Below are positions 57,224-64,000 of a DNA stretch of 64,000 nucleotides, piece after piece. Location of the stretch: positions 310,001-374,000 of the forward strand of contig OY986948.1 of the NCBI GenBank assembly GCA_963920595.1, written 5' to 3'. The notes under the pieces were generated by a model, which was not told where the DNA came from, made no database searches, and was given only the letters and a program-made list of their open reading frames with translations. The position numbers and the translations under genes were made by a program. Position 1 is the first letter of the stretch. Each line of letters starts with the position of its first letter. Origin of the DNA: Eimeria praecox. Its lineage: Eukaryota.

Positions 57224-58628
57224 TTTAAACAAATAATACTCAATTAAAATGGATTTACAGGATCAGAGAGGGACGAAAGAACACCCTCTGTGTACGAGGG
57301 CCTCTCGCGTCGTCCGTCCTGTGCTTGCCACTGCAGAGGCGGAGCCAAAGAAGCCTCAGTCCCGAATACAACAGGACATAAATTCAGAAAGAAACACCAA
57401 AACAAACAACATATTCATCTTTCAAAATCCTATATACTCTCTTCCATGCAGGGAAGCCGCCCTTCAAGCACGAGACGCTGCATGCTAGCTGCAGCGGTAT
57501 CCCCCTAGAGCTGCTCTGTGGGCGTAGTCAGCCAGAAACACGAACCGTGAACAGAACAGCAACCATCAAGGTTGTTATATGTATATTTAACATTAAATTT
57601 AGATTCTGTTGAGTCGGATAGTGCCGACTTCCTTCGCGTATTCGCTCGGTCACGGGAGTATGTGGTATGTTGTGGGCTGCAAATGCGGCATGGTCTGTCT
57701 GAAGCTGAAGTATGTGTATTTCTACTTGCGTAGAGGCTGACTACTAAGAACCAAGTAAGTGTTTAACTATTTTCTATTGTGTTAGAGTGTAAACAGAAAT
57801 GAGATTTGTGTACGTCTGCACGTGGGGGTGTCTGGTAGCAAGAGCTGCAGCATACGGCGGATGTAGCACAGTCAATCCGATGTTAGCACAGAACCATTTA
57901 CGAGGCATTCACAGGAAGCATACAAGCAAGTAGAAGTGCTGGAATACTGTCTACAGAGATAATGGATACACCTAGAGGGATCATTTGCCTGTATTTGAAG
58001 CTGAGTTTCATCGTTGGTTGCAGCGAGGTGGGCTTGTGGCATGCTCTGCATGATGCTGGCTCTCATACCATACGCACTCAGAGGCCTCTTACGAAAGATC
58101 AAGCTAGTATTTATAAAGGCGGTGTACATGAGAGTCTACAACGCTAGACCTTGCAGCAAATGGGTAGTGACTGAGCGTGCATGTGGGGGCTGTCTTGCTG
58201 CACTAGCTGCAGGAAGGTGCGTTGCAGCCCATGTCAGACAAGCCTGTGTCCCCACCAGCTCCATATTCTTGGGATTATTGCATCCAGGAGGCTGGAGGGG
58301 AGGTCAGGAGGTAGCTGGTTTATGTGAAGTCTTCTTTAAAGTATTTGACTCCGTTGCAACTCATAACGGTCTTCCGCTACTATGGAAGACTCTGGTAATA
58401 CCTGGGGCTTGCAGGTATGAGCATCTGCTTTCTCCAACTGTTTTCTTCAAGTATTTGTCTGTGTTGCAACCCACGGTGGTCCTCGGCTAAGAGTGACGGC
58501 TCTCGTTACACTTGGTAGTATTGCATGGTTCATCGGGTCAGATGCGAGCAACGAGCCTCACTCTGTGCAGGATAATGGATTAGGGTTTAGCACTAATCGC
58601 CAGCTAGGGCGGCTTATATAAGCAAATT

Positions 58629-59175
58629 CCGGTGTTGCTGGAGAAAAAGGACAGGAGGTGGCGCATGTGCATCACCTTCATGCCGCTCAACAAAATCGCG
58701 GTGATACGGAGGCTTCCGGTTCCCCGAATAGACCAGCTACATAACCTCTCACGCGGGGTTCAGCAGTCGATTCATCATCTGGGGTCTCTGGTGGGTTTCC
58801 GTAGATTCCCATACACCCAAACGATAGGCGTAAGACTGCACACTATACCCGCCCGTGCAAAATGCAGTACACCTGTGTGCTCTTGGGGCTCGTTAACGCG
58901 CCTGTCGCGCTGCAGCGATAGGTCAATCAAGACTTCTTGGGGCAAAATGAGGGACGGATGGTAATTTAGGTGGCTGATGTGCTTGTGTTCAGTCGCATTC
59001 TCTGGAAGAGTGTTTGTAGCACAGGCAGTGTCCTCTGCAACTACTACGGTAAAAACAACAGGGATTCCTAAAAGCGCAGAAGTGCTTGCTTTCCCTTTTA
59101 AAGCTTCTTAGGGTTCGTTTTTATACAGCAGGATTCGAATCAGATCCAGAGACAATAGAGGTAATTCGGACGTGC
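58629..59175 (+). mobile_element. Decayed Ty3/gypsy-type LTR retrotransposon reverse transcriptase remnant
   Basis: PVLLEKKDRRWRMCITFMPLNK..LPVPRIDQL; after a frameshift IPIHPNDRRKTA..LGLVNAPVALQR*VN; VI*VADVLVFS in place of VYLDDILIYS; LKAQKC; FLGF; DPETIEVIR. Stops and frameshifts throughout. Confidence 0.85.
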
Positions 59176-60043
59176 TAGCTACCTTCGAACTCGCCCGCGT
59201 ACATCGAAAAATCATGGTACTTCTGGCACCTAACGTGCAATTCTATGGTCTGCCGTAATCTAATCACCTACAAATGGTTCAAGATAATAATATGGGCGAC
59301 AAATTCAATTCCAGCGGTAATCTCTACATAATATAAATAATTAGTTGACTCCCTCCTCCTAACTCTTCGAAATTGTTAGGCACTCAACACCGCCCATTCC
59401 CCTTACTTTGGCGACAGCCAAAGAATGTGTTTGAGGGGCTCGCAGCTAGTCCCTCATAAGGAGTCAAACAGGGCGCATGCCTTATTTCCTTTTTACAAAG
59501 TGAAAAGTTCGAGCTACTCATTCTAGTCTGCAAACAATGCGAAAAAGGAGAGGAAAGCAGAGCCGGCGAGGTGCAAGACGAAATACATCTTCTGACAACA
59601 TCATCTTTCCCCGCCACCCTATGAATCCGTGGAAGATTTTGTACGCCCTGCCGGTTTAGACGAACAGCAGCGCGATCATTCTGTGTCATTACGACAAGCC
59701 CTTCTTATTAAGGCAAGCGGAGTGCCTGTGGAGATGGAAGCCGCTTTAACTGGATTCTGCCTTTTCCTGGTGGATGGGCACGCACATCAAGCAAATGCAA
59801 AGCACGCCAACACACATACATAAGCACAAGCGTATGTGCATGCACGCATACACATACACGGACAAGCCCTGCCTGCAGGAGAGAGTTGTGGAGTTCTGGA
59901 GCTAAATGCCGTTATTTATCTGCTGTACACAAAATGGATCGTAGAAACTTCTCCCAAGCGTAGGCTTGCATAGGGAAACTACTGACGTATACGTCAACTC
60001 AGTAGTTCTATCAATATTCCTGGAAGTTATATCAAGTGTGTAC

Positions 60044-60819
60044 CGTACATGGATTTTGCACATCCCTTCCTTCACTTCAAGAAGCAGTTGCTCGAGCTCC
60101 TGCGTTGCACTGAGATGTTCCAGTGAGTACTCCTTGATAGCTCCCTTGCACTCAATAAGTTCGCCACAGTCGTCAACACAGCTCTCCTTTGTTAGCGTAA
60201 AGTCCAACTCTACAGTTGAGTAGCATCGCCAAGCCTCGCCGTCAGCCGCCTTATTGCCAACGTCGCGACGGGCTAGCGCACTGACGCAGAAGTGAGGATT
60301 AACTAGACACGCGCGAGCAAATGCCTGCTGGCAAGAGGCATCCATAACTTTTTGAAGGATGCTTGGGGCTTCGGGAACCTGAAGAACCTGAAAAACATGT
60401 TGCAAGAGAGGCATCCTCAGGCATACAAGTGTGCAGCAATGACTCGAAAACCCACATCCCCAAGTGAAAAGCCCCCTGTTATGGCCCTTTCCCTGAGAGT
60501 GACAACGTCTAAGGTATATATATTTTGTATTCAACGATTGCGCTAGTCAGGCCATCGGCGTTGCGTTCACCCCACCTCGTCCCCAGCTGTTGGTGCATCA
60601 TCGCCTGAAGGCAAGCACACAAAAGGCATATCCTCAGATAATGGACTTCAGAATCATCAATTATCATGAGGAGAAAAGGTACTAAGGACCGACCAACCCC
60701 ACAAAGCAGCGCACGGAGCTCTGACACAGTTACGTACCTTTGACGAACACTCCGTCGGAAGCACCCAGCGCCAATAGCGCAGGCGCTACAAGATAAATTG
60801 ACAAAGGTCTCATCTTCAT
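60044..60819 (-). CDS. Secreted microneme adhesive repeat (MAR) domain protein (MIC1/MIC3/MCP family). Exons: 60819-60738, 60604-60576, ~60387-~60044; 3' end unresolved
   Basis: Signal peptide MKMRPLSIYLVAPALLALGASDG, phase-consistent splicing to LQKVMDASCQQAFARAC..C..ARRDVG..EAWRCYS..LDF..CVDDCGELIECKGA..HLS..C. This matches the MAR cysteine pattern (ARxD, WRCY, CVDDCG, HL[T/S]). Confidence 0.85.
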
Positions 60820-63177
60820 TGCATTTATAAACAAACGAAAACACCTTTGGAGCAAAAAGCGTTGTGGGGAAGTTATGGCGCGTCCTCAGAAACAGTCGGC
60901 TTGCTTCCTGATGCCAACTAGCCAGCGATGCTCGAAGCAATGCCAGGCCAGATTGTTTGTTGGCTTACAGAAGAAGCCATAAAACGCGCAATATGAGTAA
61001 AAAACTTATTCGCTGGGAAGAATTCAATGACTACTCGAGCGGATCCTCCATCCTCAAAATCCGCAGTGGCTTCCTGCCTGGCGCTGCTGCCTAGTCGCCA
61101 GTTAGATACGGGCTGGCACACAGAGTTTTTTGCGGCACGTTTTCGAGTAAACGTTATCTTTGGAATTTAGATCTCATATAGTGAGTTAAATACTTTATTA
61201 CTCTCCGGTTTAATACCATTAGTACTGGTCGGGCTCGTGCACCTCCGCCTGTGCCAGTAGTGCCTTTGGTCTTCTGGCTCTTCATTGATCTCTCTTCGGG
61301 AAGCAACTTCGCTGCTCGGATCTGCTTACGGGCCAGGGATCTGAATTCACGTTTTCTTTTTATTTAGTAAAGAAAGTGAATTATTTAGAAGCATCCACCG
61401 TGAGAGTGAAGCCACATGCAAAATCGAGTCGAATCGTCCTCGAACACGTCCCTATGAAGTGCCCTGGATTCGTGTGCGTGATATGGTGGTAATAAAGAGC
61501 CCACACACAGGCATTTGTGTGTGCATATTTCGCTTCCCTTTCATTGGAATCTTACTTATTGCCAATCTTCCAGGCTGGTGGCTTCAGATAAACACACCGC
61601 TGGCATGGCGTTGCGTAGTCAGAGCAAGCGAGAAGGAACAAGCTTCGCAGTGAAGTCTGTGGGAAATTCGATATAGGCATATTTGCTTACAGTGAACATT
61701 ATCCCCTCAACGAGCAAATAAAGTTGACGATTTTAGCGATTCTTTCGTACAGCGGGCAGTAGGACCGTGCATACGAATATTGCCTCACTTGCACGGACGT
61801 TACTTCATCACAGCTTGCTTCAGTGATGAACAGATGATCAATAAGCGAATACGTAGCAGCTAATCAACTTACCAGCTGGCTAGATAGGGCCAGGGCGAGC
61901 GGTACACAGCTCCTGTGAAAAGGGCAACCTCATGTGCACAGTCCCAGCGTAGCATCCCACGTGAACTTCTGCCTTCGAAGCTTTATGCAGCTGTCTGGCT
62001 CCGTTAAGTTTATTCTGGAGCAGTTCACATGTCTTATTTTAACTGGTTAGTTGCCCTCTTATTGCCCATTATTGGCCATGACGGTATGACTTATCCTGAA
62101 CCGTCCCAGTCTGGGAACGGGCAGCTCCTCAGCTAGACTCCTGCAGTAGGTGAAATTATCTAGCAGCTGGTACGGAACAGAGTACCCAGTAGAAGGCCCT
62201 ACTTTACGAGTTCTGCATTCAAACACAGGGGCAGGGCTCTCTCCGGTGCTCACGTTGCCTACAAACTCCTACTGCTTTGTGGAAGTCAAAAGAGAGCTCT
62301 TTTGACTAGTAACCACTTTGCTTGCCTGTGGGTGTCCTTCGTACGGACTGGCAGATTTCGCTCAGCCCAAACTGCCGATGGCTTGCGTTTTTGAAGCGTC
62401 AGCAAGGCTTGGGCCCCACCAGAGACAACCACCAAAATGCCACACCCCTCAAACTTCCATTATGCAAAAGCACCATTGGCATTAGTAATTGAATTAGCCT
62501 GTTCAAGTCTTTTCTTCCTGAATAAATACTTTTGCCGACCAATACCTCTCTCCACACTTCTGAGCCCGCGGATATTATTGGAAGACGTTCTGCTTCAACC
62601 AGCACTGCAGGCATTTCCACGCTGGGAACGCTGCAAGGAGAGGGCAGGGGCTGACTATGCAATCGGCTACGGCGCTACAAGGCCGTAAGACTCAACCTCA
62701 CAGGCGGGACAGGCGTGACAGAGTGGAAGAAAGCAAGGCTCTTCCAGGTGTTTCACATTCCAACTATTAGTTGCTAGGCCCCCGGGACAGGGTTATTCTG
62801 GTAGAGGAGGCTCATATGGGGAAAAAGTGAAACTGAGATGGGATGGATGTAAGACAGGGCTACTCCATACTCAGCCTCAAAACTACTCAGGCTCCACTGC
62901 AGAGTGGAAATTGACGGGATGCTCACTCAACGATTGTGCGGTGAATCATGAGGGATCCACCCGGCTAGAGATTTAAGCGTACCAATTGGCGAACTAGTTG
63001 CTGAGAGGGACCGAGATGAAATGTAAATCTTAGGAAGGTAAGCGTAAGAGTTACCCCCAAAGGTACTTCTCAAGGGGAAAATCGCCCGAAGAAAGTTTTC
63101 TGTACCTGGCAATGCAGGGGTACAAAGCGGGTTAGATTACTCTGGGCCTTCCTACGATGCCTGACGCACAGGGAGAA

Positions 63178-63257
63178 GTGGACGGATGGCACAAGCCAAA
63201 GATGAATTATGGTAGAAGAAGCGGACGGATGGCGCAAGCCAATGATGAATTATGGTA
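63178..63257 (+). repeat. 43-bp tandem duplication
   Basis: ggacggatggcacaagccaaagatgaattatggta and ggacggatggcgcaagccaatgatgaattatggta. Confidence 0.85.
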
Positions 63258-64000
63258 AAAGGATCACAAAAGCTTCAGTCCTACCTGCATAGCTACAACG
63301 GTAACAGAATTTCCATCTCTCCAGTAGCACCAGCACCCAACACGAATCCCGCTAGCAATACTTAATACCATCGAAGCACAGAGGTCTTTCCGGCCGCCTT
63401 CTCTCTGAAATGCCATTCAGCGAGCCCAATACTCTTTATTTGCCCTCATTACTATTCTTGGACTAGATATCTGTCTCTGTACTCGTCTCAAGAAATCTCG
63501 TGCATATCGCCAAGCTAGTGTCCTCACACTACGTTCACCATGTGATGTCGCTTCTCTCTCCCCTCGCATCCCTCACAAGCAGCCGATAAGACTCAAGGCC
63601 CTCAAGTTCCAAGAGAACAGAGTTATCTGGCTGGCTATTTTTCCTTTTCTTTTCGGCATGAGCTGCCTCGCTATGCTGCTGCAAGGCAGGCACCCCATCG
63701 TAGTTCCTCCGGCCTCCCACGAACAGTGGGCTTAAGGGTGATTTCTTGTCACCTATGCTTACCATGTCGAAATTGTTCCAAAACAAATGACATTTCCTTG
63801 TCTCAACCAGGGAAAAGAGGTAGGCTATACATCGTAGGACGCAGTCACAAGGGGATGCGCAACTTCTGTCCACAGGGCCAGCAGCACACAGATACCGTGG
63901 GAGGATGAATCATTCCTGCCCGGGGTACCGTGGTACCGTATGAATCAGTAACAAGAAAGCTAATGATTATTACTGTTTATTCACATATTAACATTTGTTT

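Noticed and set aside
61900..63900. Possible degenerate kinase or retroelement pseudogene
   Set aside because: Only short ORFs, with no motif I could identify with confidence.

Overview
Eukaryotic, intron-rich apicomplexan DNA with the hallmarks of an Eimeria (coccidian) chromosome: abundant (CAG/CTG)n, interstitial telomere-like AAACCCT arrays and TGCATGCA octamers. A repeat-rich block (~7.3-48.7 kb) is flanked by repeat-poorer blocks. Most ORF-track entries are repeat artefacts. Exons assembled by hand (GT..AG, phase-checked) give: a 3-exon low-complexity hypothetical protein (+), PP2A regulatory subunit B56 (-), a bacterial-type NAD+-dependent DNA ligase with a signal/transit-like leader (-), TYW1 radical-SAM tRNA enzyme (+), an acidic hypothetical protein (-), a Janus/Ocnus phosphohistidine phosphatase (-), apicoplast-type PDH E1-alpha (-), a decayed Ty3/gypsy RT (+) and a secreted MAR-domain microneme-type protein (-). 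Most notable: the LigA-type ligase (poly-Leu signal from CTG repeats, zinc finger split by a 109-aa spacer, no BRCT), three (AT)n-centred palindromes (one covering a splice acceptor), a dispersed GGTGTAYAKACACC quasi-palindrome that also occurs in coding sequence, and a degenerate flavodoxin domain in TYW1. All calls come from reading the sequence; no searches were run, and repeat boundaries are approximate.
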